64,000 nt of DNA from Clostridia bacterium (GTDB lineage: Bacteria; Bacillota; Clostridia; Oscillospirales; QAKW01), in contig JAGBEI010000013.1 of assembly GCA_017937065.1 (NCBI GenBank), positions 31,333 to 95,332 of the forward strand, read 5' to 3'. Both the position numbers and the translations under genes were made by a program. Positions 25,669 through 34,314 of this stretch are shown in pieces (the stretch's first letter is position 1; every line of letters starts with the position of its first letter). The notes beneath the pieces were generated by a model that had not been told where the DNA came from, did not search any database, and was given only the letters and a program-made list of their open reading frames with translations.

Positions 25669-26424
25669 ATGTATCGATTCGGTATATTCGGCAAGGATGC
25701 CCGAATGAAATATCTGTGTCTGGCACTCAAACGGGACGGATACCCTGCCGAGATGTTTGAAAACCAGGACCTGCAACAATTTATTGACGGAAATGATATC
25801 ATAGTTCTGCCGATAAGCCGCGATTATGACGAAATACTTGAGCTTTGCCGCGGGAAAACGGTTATGGGCGGATTTATCGGCGATGTTAACGAGACCTGCG
25901 GCGTTAAAATCATAAATTACGCCGCGAGTGATTATTTCAGAATACGCAACGCGCTGCCCAGCGCCGAGGGCGCTTTGCAGATTGCCATGGCGCAGACCGA
26001 TTACACCATATGCGACTGCAACGCCACGGTTTTAGGCTACGGCAATATCGGGAAATGTCTGACCGATATGCTGCTGTGCCTGGGAAGCTCGGTAACCGTT
26101 GTTGCCCGAAAAGAGAGCGACCGCGCGCAGGCGGAAAACTACGGCGCCCTGGCGTGTGATTTTTCCGTGCTGCCGCGGTTAAAGTCGGATATTATCTTTA
26201 ACACCGTGCCGGCGCCCGTGATAGACCGCGGGGTACTTGATACACTGACGCCCGACACGCTGATAATAGACCTGGCGTCAAAGCCCGGCGGCACCGATTT
26301 TGACTATGCCTCAAAGCTGGGCATCACTGCCCTGCACGCGCTGGGCATACCCGGAAAATTTGCGCCGCGCACTGCCGGCGAGATATTAAAAAGCACCATT
26401 CTTTCCATGCTGACGGAGGTGTAA
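25669..26424 (+). CDS. spoVFA: Dipicolinate synthase subunit A
   Basis: The protein has an NAD-binding dehydrogenase-like fold (VLGYGNIGK). It is immediately followed by spoVFB and is a typical DpaA partner. Confidence 0.8.
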   Translation: MYRFGIFGKDARMKYLCLALKRDGYPAEMFENQDLQQFIDGNDIIVLPISRDYDEILELCRGKTVMGGFIGDVNETCGVKIINYAASDYFRIRNALPSAEGALQIAMAQTDYTICDCNATVLGYGNIGKCLTDMLLCLGSSVTVVARKESDRAQAENYGALACDFSVLPRLKSDIIFNTVPAPVIDRGVLDTLTPDTLIIDLASKPGGTDFDYASKLGITALHALGIPGKFAPRTAGEILKSTILSMLTEV

Positions 26425-26425
26425 A

Positions 26426-26998
26426 ATGGAAGAAAAAATAAAACTCGGTTTTGCGATGTGCGGCTCGTTCTGCACGCTGAACGAAGTTGTGTGTACACTT
26501 TGCTCGCTTACCGAAAAATATGAGATTATGCCTATAATGTCAGGTATAACCTATGAAACCGATACACGTTTCGGAACAGCCATGAGCTTTAAGGAGCGAA
26601 TAACAAATGCCACAGGCAAGGATATAATCCATACAGTAGCTCAGGCAGAGCCCATCGGCCCCAAAAAGCTGCTCGATGTTATGGTAATCGCACCCTGTAC
26701 CGGAAACACGCTTGCAAAGCTTGCAGGCGGAATAACGGACACATCGGTCACTATGGCGGCAAAAGCTCATCTGAGAAACGGCCGCCCGCTTATCATTGCG
26801 CTGTCAACCAACGATGCGCTGTCGGGAAGTGCCAAAAATATCGGCGCGCTGATGAACTATAAAAATGTTTATTTCGTCCCGTTCTCACAGGATAATCCTC
26901 ATAACAAGGAACGCTCCTGCATTGCGGACATGAGTCTTATTGACGATACAATAAAAAGTGCGCTGAACGGCGTGCAGCTTCAGCCCATGATTAAATAA
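26426..26998 (+). CDS. spoVFB: Dipicolinate synthase subunit B (flavoprotein)
   Basis: The KLGFAMCGSFCT N-terminus and APCTGNTLAKLA flavoprotein motifs are characteristic of DpaB. Confidence 0.85.
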   Translation: MEEKIKLGFAMCGSFCTLNEVVCTLCSLTEKYEIMPIMSGITYETDTRFGTAMSFKERITNATGKDIIHTVAQAEPIGPKKLLDVMVIAPCTGNTLAKLAGGITDTSVTMAAKAHLRNGRPLIIALSTNDALSGSAKNIGALMNYKNVYFVPFSQDNPHNKERSCIADMSLIDDTIKSALNGVQLQPMIK

Positions 26999-27033
26999 AA
27001 TTCATAAGGCACTTATTATATAAATATAAATAA

Positions 27034-27062
27034 CTGAGCGCCGCACGGTGTGCGGCGCTCAG
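27034..27062 (+). terminator. Strong GC hairpin after spoVFB (no clear U-tract)
   Basis: Stem CTGAGCGCCGCA pairs with TGCGGCGCTCAG (12 bp) around loop CGGTG. Confidence 0.5.
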
Positions 27063-27084
27063 CTGAATTTCAGAGGGAGCCGAA

Positions 27085-27555
27085 TTGAAACGTATTTTAT
27101 CAGTTCTTTTATCATTAACCGCGGCGACAGCTTTGGCGCTTTTACTGTGCGGCGGCGCACAGGCACTGAAAAACTACGGCAGATTTCTTGAAATCGAGGG
27201 CGGCAGGGACTGCATTGTCATGCACTCGGGTGAAAAAAAACGGCTGAGCGTCAAAAGCGCACTCACGGGACTGCCCGTTATACACGGCAAAACATTTTAC
27301 TCGGATAATCCGTCAGTCGCGGCGGTCGGACGCTCATCGGGGGTCGTGCATGCCGGTCTTTGCGGCAGAGCTTACATAACAGTAACAGATGGGCACGGAC
27401 GGACGGACAGTATTCTGATAGAGGTGACAGGCGGCAGAAAGGCAGGACTTATATGGCTTGCCGCAGCTGCCGCAATCATAACAGCCGCCGTACTGTTCAT
27501 ACGTCGCATCACACGTACAGGCTGCCCCTCAGCACATAAAAATTCGGACCGGTAA
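27085..27555 (+). CDS. Secreted, C-terminally membrane-anchored protein with a bacterial Ig-like (Big_2) domain
   Basis: TTG start lies after the AGAGGGAG RBS. A signal peptide (LSVLLSLTAATALALLLCGGAQA), a Big_2-like block (SDNPSVAAVGRSSGVVHAGLCGRAYITVTDGHG) and a C-terminal TM segment (LIWLAAAAAIITAAVLFI) are present. Confidence 0.6.
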   Translation: MKRILSVLLSLTAATALALLLCGGAQALKNYGRFLEIEGGRDCIVMHSGEKKRLSVKSALTGLPVIHGKTFYSDNPSVAAVGRSSGVVHAGLCGRAYITVTDGHGRTDSILIEVTGGRKAGLIWLAAAAAIITAAVLFIRRITRTGCPSAHKNSDR

Positions 27556-27575
27556 ATTTCTTACCGGTCCGTTTT
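27545..27575. terminator. Bidirectional terminator between convergent genes
   Basis: Stem CGGACCGGTAA pairs with TTACCGGTCCG (11 bp), followed by TTTT. Confidence 0.75.
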
Positions 27576-27584
27576 CTAAAAGAG

Positions 27585-27848
27585 TTATGCCAGCTTATTG
27601 AGCTTTAATGTCAAGGCGCTCTTCTTTCTGTTGGAATTGTTTTTGTGAATTACGTTATTTCTCTCAGCCTTCTCAATCTTTTTAACGGCATCCAGATAAG
27701 CGGCTTTAGCCGCGTCCTTTTCACCGGCCTGAGCAAGTGAATCAAACTTTTTGATAGAAGATTTAAGCTCTGACTTGATGATTTTGTTCTGTAATGTTTT
27801 GGTATTTGTAACCAAACATCTCTTTTTTGCAGACTTGATATTCGGCAC
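27585..27848 (-). CDS. rpsT: 30S ribosomal protein S20
   Basis: The N-terminus PNIKSAKKR is typical of S20. The second GTG (27846-27848) lies 8 nt after AAAGGAGG. The track start at 27857 is a GTG overlapping the RBS. Confidence 0.9.
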   Translation of the reverse strand: MPNIKSAKKRCLVTNTKTLQNKIIKSELKSSIKKFDSLAQAGEKDAAKAAYLDAVKKIEKAERNNVIHKNNSNRKKSALTLKLNKLA

Positions 27849-28042
27849 GCCCGGCACCTCCTTTGTTTTGACTTTTTAAAATAGCGATTATCATTTTAAC
27901 ATTAAATTTGCTTAAAATCAAGTGTTTTTTGAAAATAGTTGGTTTTTTACGCACATTTTATAATCTCGGCGTTTTACAAAGCACGGCTTTCGCGCTTACC
28001 CTAAGCCTTAACGATAATTTTTAAATAAATTATAAATTTTTC

Positions 28043-28071
28043 TTGACATTGACACTTAAACAATGTAGAAT
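28043..28071 (+). promoter_or_regulatory. Sigma-A type promoter upstream of sigH
   Basis: TTGACA (28043-28048, duplicated as TTGACATTGACA), a 17-nt spacer and TAGAAT (28066-28071) are present. Confidence 0.5.
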
Positions 28072-28110
28072 AATTATGAGTATAACTATAATTATTAAAG
28101 GAAGCATTTT

Positions 28111-28656
28111 TTGTCAGACCTTATAAACGATATTTCAATCATAGAAAAAGCGGGAGCGGGCGATGAAAATGCGGTCTGTTATCTCACAGAGCAGTTTTCG
28201 CCTGTAATAAACGGCATTACCCGCTCATATTTTCTTTACGGCGGCGACAGCGACGATCTGTACCAGATAGGTCTTATTGCTTTTTACGACGCCGTTCGGA
28301 AATTCGACAGTACAAAAAACAGCGATTTTGTTAAATTTGCAAAGGTTTGTATCCACAGCAGAATAATAGACGCGATTAAAGAGGCAAATCGTAAAAAGCA
28401 TTCACCTCTCAACACAGCGGTCGGCTTTGACAATGTCGACGCGGTCGGCAGCGTTGACCCCGAAAAGAGATTTCTTATACGGGAGCAGCTGCTTGCCGTT
28501 TATTCGGCAATAGATGTAAAGCTTTCGGACTATGAAAAGCGTGTTTTAAATCTTTATGTTGACGGCTTATCCTATAAAGAAATAGCCGCGCGTACCGGCA
28601 AAAGCGTAAAATCGGTGGATAATGCGATTGCGCGGATACGCAGCAAACTTGTATAA
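28111..28656 (+). CDS. sigH: RNA polymerase sporulation sigma factor SigH
   Basis: IEKAGAGDENAV..L ... RSYFLYGGDSDDLYQIGLIAFYDAVRKFD ... FVKFAKVCIHSRIIDAIKEANRKKHSPLN ... LSYKEIAARTGKSVKSVDNAIARIRSKL is colinear with Bacillus SigH region 2 and 4 motifs. The start is TTG after AAAGGAAG. Confidence 0.8.
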   Translation: MSDLINDISIIEKAGAGDENAVCYLTEQFSPVINGITRSYFLYGGDSDDLYQIGLIAFYDAVRKFDSTKNSDFVKFAKVCIHSRIIDAIKEANRKKHSPLNTAVGFDNVDAVGSVDPEKRFLIREQLLAVYSAIDVKLSDYEKRVLNLYVDGLSYKEIAARTGKSVKSVDNAIARIRSKLV

Positions 28657-28721
28657 TGCCCGTAAAGCTAAGTGGCGGAGCGCTGGTATACAGAGGGAAC
28701 GGTTCAATTCCGTTTAGGGTA
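28657..28721 (+). other. tRNA-like element with canonical T-arm and D-arm but a miniaturised anticodon arm
   Basis: The T-arm AACGG-TTCAATT-CCGTT (28698-28714) and D-arm-like GCT-AAGTGGCGG-AGC are intact. A 5-bp acceptor-like pairing is TGCCC/GGGTA. The anticodon arm is only CTG-GTATA-CAG. There is no CCA. Confidence 0.3.
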
Positions 28722-28757
28722 AAAAATATTTTTATACCACAAGAGAGGTAAACGCAA

Positions 28758-29036
28758 ATGTACGAGGACAAGAAAATTATTTGCAAGGACTGCGGTCAGG
28801 AGTTCATCTTCACAGCAGGCGAGCAGGAATTCTATGCAGAAAAAGGCTTCCAGAACGAGCCTCAGAGATGCAAGGCTTGCAGAGATGCAAAGAAGGCGGC
28901 TGTTAAAGGTCAGCGCGTTCTTTATGATGCAGTCTGCGCAGAGTGCGGCAAGGAAGCAAAGGTTCCCTTCAAGCCCACTGAAGACAGACCTGTATACTGC
29001 AGCGATTGTTACGCTAAATTGAAAGAGCAGGCATAA
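28758..29036 (+). CDS. CxxC-x17-CxxC zinc-ribbon protein (two zinc-ribbon halves)
   Basis: The protein reads CKDCGQEFIFTAGEQEFYAEKGFQNEPQRCKAC then CAECGKEAKVPFKPTEDRPVYCSDC. The second half matches the VPF.P...RPVYC..C pattern of this small-protein family. Confidence 0.75.
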   Translation: MYEDKKIICKDCGQEFIFTAGEQEFYAEKGFQNEPQRCKACRDAKKAAVKGQRVLYDAVCAECGKEAKVPFKPTEDRPVYCSDCYAKLKEQA

Positions 29037-29056
29037 TTTATACTGTTGTAGTCCTT

Positions 29057-29089
29057 AACGGCATGTGCATTTTGGCACATGCCGTTTTT
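29057..29089 (+). terminator. Intrinsic terminator
   Basis: Stem AACGGCATGTGC pairs with GCACATGCCGTT (12 bp), followed by TTTTT. Confidence 0.85.
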
Positions 29090-29123
29090 GCTTGCGCAAT
29101 TCATCATATATTGCAAGGATATA

Positions 29124-29178
29124 TTGACATTTGCCTCACGATATGATATGCTAATTTGCGAATAAATCGCAAATTAGC
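29124..29178 (+). promoter_or_regulatory. Promoter of the zinc-uptake operon overlapped by a perfect 12-5-12 inverted repeat (putative metalloregulator operator)
   Basis: TTGACA (29124-29129), a 17-nt spacer and TGaTATGCT are present. The inverted repeat GCTAATTTGCGA-ATAAA-TCGCAAATTAGC (29150-29178) covers the -10 element and the start-site region. Confidence 0.65.
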
Positions 29179-29195
29179 ATAAGAGGGTAAATTAT

Positions 29196-30194
29196 ATGAA
29201 AAAACTCACGGCAATACTTATGCCGATATTCATAATTATTACAGCGCTCGGCGGGTGTTCCGTAAATACCGCCGACAGCGGACGCCTGAGCATTGTGTGC
29301 ACATCATTTGCCGCATACGACTGGGTCTGTGAAATCGCGGGTGCTGCCAAAACGGGCGGCGCTGATGCGGACGATACCGCGCAAAGCCTTAACATAATAA
29401 TGCTGCCCGACAGCGGGGCGGATCTGCACAGCTATCAGGCTACGGCGCAGGACATTGTAAATATCTCAGCCTGCGACCTGATTGTGCGCACGGGCGGAGT
29501 ATCCGAGGGCTGGATAGACAAAGCGCTGAAGGAAAATAAAAATACGAAAACAGTTAATTTTCTTCAGCTTCTCGGCGCAAACACGCTGAAAACAGAGCAC
29601 ACCGACCATGACCACAGCAACGGCACAGGCGACACCGAGCTTGAGACAGACGAGCATGCCTGGCTTTCGGTCAAAAACGCAATAGTCTTTTGCGATGCAA
29701 TTTCATCTGCTCTTATTGAGCTTGACTCGAATAACGCAGATATTTACAGGGAAAATTGCAGGAAATATACCGAAAAGCTCAGAGCCGTTGACGCCCGATT
29801 TGAGGATATGGCGGAAAAATCGGAAAACAACACGCTGTTATTTGCAGACCGCTTTCCTTTCCGATATCTTTTAAACGACTATAAAATAGAGTTCTTTGCC
29901 GCCTTTCCCGGATGCTCGACCGAAACAGAGACAAGCTTTGATACAATAATCTTTCTTGCCGAAAAGACGGACAGCCTGAACCTTGACTATATAATGACAA
30001 TAGACAGCTCGCAGTCCTCCGTCGCAAAAACCGTGCTGAAAAACACAAAGCGCAAAGACGTGCAGATACTGTCTCTTGATTCAATGCAATCCTGCGGCAA
30101 AAAAGACTATGACTCCGGGAAACGGTACATTTCGGTTATGGAGGCAAACCTTGAGCTGATAGCGACGGCACTGGGCGGTGAAGCAAATGATTAG
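29196..30194 (+). CDS. znuA: Zinc ABC transporter substrate-binding lipoprotein (ZnuA/AdcA-like)
   Basis: A lipobox (ITALGGCS) and a cluster-9 SBP fold are present. The His/Asp/Glu-rich loop EHTDHDHSNGTGDTELETDEHAW is typical of Zn-specific members. Confidence 0.8.
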   Translation: MKKLTAILMPIFIIITALGGCSVNTADSGRLSIVCTSFAAYDWVCEIAGAAKTGGADADDTAQSLNIIMLPDSGADLHSYQATAQDIVNISACDLIVRTGGVSEGWIDKALKENKNTKTVNFLQLLGANTLKTEHTDHDHSNGTGDTELETDEHAWLSVKNAIVFCDAISSALIELDSNNADIYRENCRKYTEKLRAVDARFEDMAEKSENNTLLFADRFPFRYLLNDYKIEFFAAFPGCSTETETSFDTIIFLAEKTDSLNLDYIMTIDSSQSSVAKTVLKNTKRKDVQILSLDSMQSCGKKDYDSGKRYISVMEANLELIATALGGEAND

Positions 30195-30861
30195 TCTGAA
30201 ATGCGAAAACCTGTATGTCGGTTATGACGGCAAAACGGTAGCCGGGCCTTTTGACTTTGAAATCGGCAGCGGCGATTACCTGTGTGTTGTCGGCAACAAC
30301 GGTTCGGGAAAAACAACCTTTATGAAAACCCTGCTCGGACTCCTGCCTCCCGTTTCGGGAAGAATTGTTTTCGGCGGCGGGCGCACACATCCGGGCGTCG
30401 GATATCTGCCGCAGCAGACGTCTGTTCAGCGTGATTTTCCCGCAACAGCCAAAGAAATTGTTTTATCAGGCTGTGCCGGCAAAATGTTTTTGAGCAGGGC
30501 AGACAAACGCAAAGCGGAATTTAACATGAACCGCACCGGAGTGCTCTCCGTTGGGAACAAATGCTACCGTGAATTATCGGGGGGGCAGCAGCAGCGCGTA
30601 CTGCTCGCCCGCGCGCTCTGCGCGGCAAATGATATAATGCTGCTGGACGAGCCTGTTTCCGGGCTCGACCCGACAGCCGCAAAGGAAATGTACAAAATAA
30701 TAAAAGAACTCAACCGCGACGGCATGACAATTATCATGATTTCTCATGACATGCAGTCCGTCGCCGAAAACGCGAGCTGCATACTGCATGTCGGAGATAC
30801 CATTTATTTCGGCGGCAGAGATGAATACTATCGGTCATTTTCAGAAAACGGGGGACGCTGA
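30178..30861 (+). CDS. znuC: Zinc ABC transporter ATP-binding protein
   Basis: Walker A (GNNGSGKTT), signature (LSGGQQQRV) and Walker B (MLLDEP) motifs are present. Confidence 0.85.
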   Translation: MKQMISLKCENLYVGYDGKTVAGPFDFEIGSGDYLCVVGNNGSGKTTFMKTLLGLLPPVSGRIVFGGGRTHPGVGYLPQQTSVQRDFPATAKEIVLSGCAGKMFLSRADKRKAEFNMNRTGVLSVGNKCYRELSGGQQQRVLLARALCAANDIMLLDEPVSGLDPTAAKEMYKIIKELNRDGMTIIMISHDMQSVAENASCILHVGDTIYFGGRDEYYRSFSENGGR

Positions 30862-30862
30862 T

Positions 30863-31702
30863 ATGCTTGACAAATTATTATACTATTTTCAGTTTCCGTT
30901 TGTGACATACGCGCTGATAGCAGGCGCCTTAACCGCGCTTTGTTCTTCGGTTTTCGGGGTTACCCTCGTACTGCGCCGATTTTCGTTTATCGGCGACGGG
31001 CTTTCGCACGTCGCGTTTTTCGGTATGGCAATAGCCGGAGTATTGAGCGTTTCCAACAGTATGCTTATTGTCATGCCGGTAACGATTATATGCGCCATAG
31101 CCGTACTGTGCACGGGCAAAAACTCAAAAATCAGAGGTGATGCGTCAATCGCAATGCTGTCTGTCGGCGCCCTTGCACTGGGCTATCTTGTAATGAATCT
31201 TTTTTCCGTTTCGTCCAATTTATCGGGAGACGTATGCAGCACGCTTTTCGGTTCCGCTTCTATCCTGACGCTCAGCTTATCCGAGGTCTGGCTTTGCGTA
31301 ATTCTGTCCGCTGCCGTAATCCTGCTCTTTGTGCTTTTCTACAACAAAATTTTTTCAGTCACCTTCGACAGTGATTTCGCTCAGTCAACGGGTATTCGCA
31401 CAAGAATTTTCAACCTGCTTTCGGCAGTGGTTATCGCTGTCATTATAGTGCTGGCTATGAATCTTGTCGGCTCGCTTTTAATCTCTGCGCTGATTATATT
31501 CCCTGCGCTGTCCGCAATGCGGCTTTTTAAAAGCTACCGCGCTGTAATTATTTTTTCCGCAGTCTTTTCAGTGGTTTGCGCTGTTGCGGGCATTTTAACC
31601 GCAGTGCTCACCGGCACGCCCGTGGGCTCGACAGTGGTTGCCGTCGACATTGCAGGATTTTTAATCTGCTGCGGCTGCGGCTTAATATTGAGGCGCGCCT
31701 GA
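30863..31702 (+). CDS. znuB: Zinc ABC transporter permease
   Basis: ATG 30863 lies 1 nt after the znuC stop. The protein has 8-9 TM segments of the ABC-3 family. The track start at 30746 lies inside znuC. Confidence 0.8.
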   Translation: MLDKLLYYFQFPFVTYALIAGALTALCSSVFGVTLVLRRFSFIGDGLSHVAFFGMAIAGVLSVSNSMLIVMPVTIICAIAVLCTGKNSKIRGDASIAMLSVGALALGYLVMNLFSVSSNLSGDVCSTLFGSASILTLSLSEVWLCVILSAAVILLFVLFYNKIFSVTFDSDFAQSTGIRTRIFNLLSAVVIAVIIVLAMNLVGSLLISALIIFPALSAMRLFKSYRAVIIFSAVFSVVCAVAGILTAVLTGTPVGSTVVAVDIAGFLICCGCGLILRRA

Positions 31703-31894
31703 TATATGTTTTTTCAGTCTTCGCCAGACTACGCGTCACATTCGTACAAAAACATTTCGTCACGGTCAAAACCGCAGCAGCAACCGCAAAAAGCTCACCG
31801 CGCTGTCATAAAAAACAAAAGCCTTTTATCGCAATGTACGAAAAAAGGCTTTTTTATTTTAATATATTTTTCGTTAAAAGCGAAGCTGACGTAA

Positions 31895-34201
31895 CTATTT
31901 TACAAAACTCTCATGGAACCTTGTAATCATGGCTGCGACCTGGGCGCGCGTGGCGGTGTCGCGAGGAGCGAAAATCTTGTTTCCGTCCTTGTCGTCCATA
32001 CCGTCGATTATGCCCGCTCTCTGACAGATTACCACCGCTTCCTTGGCATAATTCTGTATGCGTTCCGCGTCTGCAAAGACCATTTCATCAACCCTTGTCT
32101 CAAGCGTAACTCCTACATTATTTGCATATCTTACCAGCATTACGCAAATCTGCTGACGCTGAACGTTCATTGAAGGCATGAACTTGGTCGGTTCCATACC
32201 GTCTACGATACCGTTTTCAGACGCCCACTTAACCGCAGGTGTGTACCATTTGTTTGCAGGTACGTCATCAAACTTGGTTTCAACATCGCGGTTTGAAGTA
32301 TCAACGCCGCTCAGGTTGGCAAGTATCTGTACAAACTCAGCTCTTATCAGATTGCTGCTCGGTGCAAACGTACCGTCTGCCATACCGTTCATCAAGCCAT
32401 ACTGTGCAACGTAGTCAACATACTTCTTGTACCATCTGCCGTTTTCGATATCAGGGAATACTTCCGAGCTGTCTACCGGAGGATACTGAGGCTGGGTCTT
32501 TGTGCCCTCTGCCGTTCTGGTTTCTTCCTTATCGCAGTATTCGCACTTTCTGGTCTCTGTTCCGTCTGCCTCCTCTGTGGCGTCGTTGTTGTAAACATAC
32601 TCGCCCCATTTATGTGCGTCCGGATTAATTGCTATCTTCTCAGTCGTTGTATGAGCAGCGTCATTCTTACAGGTAAGCAGCTTCTCGCCCTCTGCTACGC
32701 AGGTAGCTTCCTTGGTAACAACACCGTCATCCCATGCGTGACCTGTCGCCGTACCCTCGTTCACCTCGGTATAGGAGTGCCCGCAAAGTCCGCATGTATA
32801 CACTGTGCTTGCGTCCTTTTCACACTCCGCCGGAATTACCTGCGCTGTATAAACATGCTCATGCTTATCCTCGATTATAACATACGGGCAAGCGTCATTT
32901 TCACCCAAAGCCCAAACGCCCTCAAAGTCAAAGCCGACAAAGGACGCTGCGCTTTTCATTTGCTCTGCAGAAAGCGAAACCGCGTCTGCCGTGCCGCCCT
33001 CGGCACCGATTACGGGGTTATACTGCGCATCGCTCTGCGCAAAAAAGCTGTTTTTTACCTTACCCCTGAGCTTGCCGGAAGGATTCACAGCGCCGAAAAC
33101 AGGACCGCAGACCTTAGCCGAAATTTCATCGTTTACATTTAAAGTGTTATATACAAGCCCGTTTACAACGCCCGCTATTCCACCTGCATAAGCCGAAACA
33201 TCACTGTCCTCTGCCGACGCAGAAACAGCGCCGCCGTTTTTGCAGTCGGAAACAACAGACGTGCAGGCGCTCTCATCAACCGTATCAGAAACCGCCGCCG
33301 TGTTTGCCGTGTACGCGGCAATTCCGCCTGCCGCCGCGCGGGACTGCGCCGTGTCCGAGACCGCGCCCTGACCTTTGACCTCCGCAGTGACTGCGCCGTT
33401 ATTCTCACTGTTTCTTACAGACGTAACCTTTTCTGCACCGAAAAACGCGCCGATACCGCCCGCATACGCCTGAAACGTACTTTGGGCATTTATATCCGCG
33501 TTGTTTATACAAAATTCAATATCAGCTTCATAACCGCCGATGCCGCCCGCATACACAATATCCGCATTTTCGGCACTCACCTTGACCGAGCCGTTATTTA
33601 CACAGTATGAAATATTTCCGTACGCGCCGGCAATTCCGCCTGCATAAATACTTTTTCCGCCCGTTACATTTACAGTGCCGCTTGAAGTGCAGCAATAAAC
33701 CGTCATTCCGTCACACAAACCGGCGGCGCCGCCGACATACGCTCTGCCCGACGCATTTACGGTAATATCAACGGAAAAAAGGCAGTTTTGCACCCTGCCG
33801 CTGCCCCTTGCGGCAACAGCGCCCGCATATACTTTCTGCAAGGCGTCATTATTTACAATTTCAATATCACCGCTGACCCTGAGATTTTTTACAGTACCCG
33901 TTAAAACCCCGATAAGCCCCGCTTCGGAGTCTGATTTTATATTCAAGCCCGATATTTCATAACCGCAGCCGTCCAGCGTGCCGCCGAAGCTCTCAAGCAG
34001 CGGACCGTCTGTCTGAACATCCGAAAGATCTATGTCAGACACCAGCTTATACTCTCCGTCTGCCGCACCCGATAAGGAAAGCAGCTGCTGCTCTGTTTCT
34101 ATTTCCGTAGCATCCGCGGCAAGCACAGTCACAGACAGTGTAAAGGTTATAAGCAAAACAGCGGACAGAACAAAACAGAGTATCCTTTTAATTTTGGACA
34201 T
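31895..34201 (-). CDS. S-layer-anchored surface protein: signal peptide, GLUG-motif repeats, Cys-rich modules and 3 SLH domains
   Basis: ATG 34201 lies 7 nt after GGAGGG. GLUG-like repeats are present (YAGGIAG, YAGGIGG, YAGGIGA, AAGGIAA, YAGGIAG). Cys pairs include CGLCGH, CVAEG..LTC and CEYC. Three C-terminal SLH repeats are present (FPDIENGRWY..., FDDVPANKWY..., FADAERIQNY...). Confidence 0.8.
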   Translation of the reverse strand: MSKIKRILCFVLSAVLLITFTLSVTVLAADATEIETEQQLLSLSGAADGEYKLVSDIDLSDVQTDGPLLESFGGTLDGCGYEISGLNIKSDSEAGLIGVLTGTVKNLRVSGDIEIVNNDALQKVYAGAVAARGSGRVQNCLFSVDITVNASGRAYVGGAAGLCDGMTVYCCTSSGTVNVTGGKSIYAGGIAGAYGNISYCVNNGSVKVSAENADIVYAGGIGGYEADIEFCINNADINAQSTFQAYAGGIGAFFGAEKVTSVRNSENNGAVTAEVKGQGAVSDTAQSRAAAGGIAAYTANTAAVSDTVDESACTSVVSDCKNGGAVSASAEDSDVSAYAGGIAGVVNGLVYNTLNVNDEISAKVCGPVFGAVNPSGKLRGKVKNSFFAQSDAQYNPVIGAEGGTADAVSLSAEQMKSAASFVGFDFEGVWALGENDACPYVIIEDKHEHVYTAQVIPAECEKDASTVYTCGLCGHSYTEVNEGTATGHAWDDGVVTKEATCVAEGEKLLTCKNDAAHTTTEKIAINPDAHKWGEYVYNNDATEEADGTETRKCEYCDKEETRTAEGTKTQPQYPPVDSSEVFPDIENGRWYKKYVDYVAQYGLMNGMADGTFAPSSNLIRAEFVQILANLSGVDTSNRDVETKFDDVPANKWYTPAVKWASENGIVDGMEPTKFMPSMNVQRQQICVMLVRYANNVGVTLETRVDEMVFADAERIQNYAKEAVVICQRAGIIDGMDDKDGNKIFAPRDTATRAQVAAMITRFHESFVK

Positions 34202-34314
34202 AGTTATCCCTCCTCTAAGAGATCTGTCAATCAATAAAATTATACCGAATATTCAATTTTGTTCCTGTAAGAATTATAGTATGATTGCATATAAAAGTCA
34301 ATATTTTAATTTTG

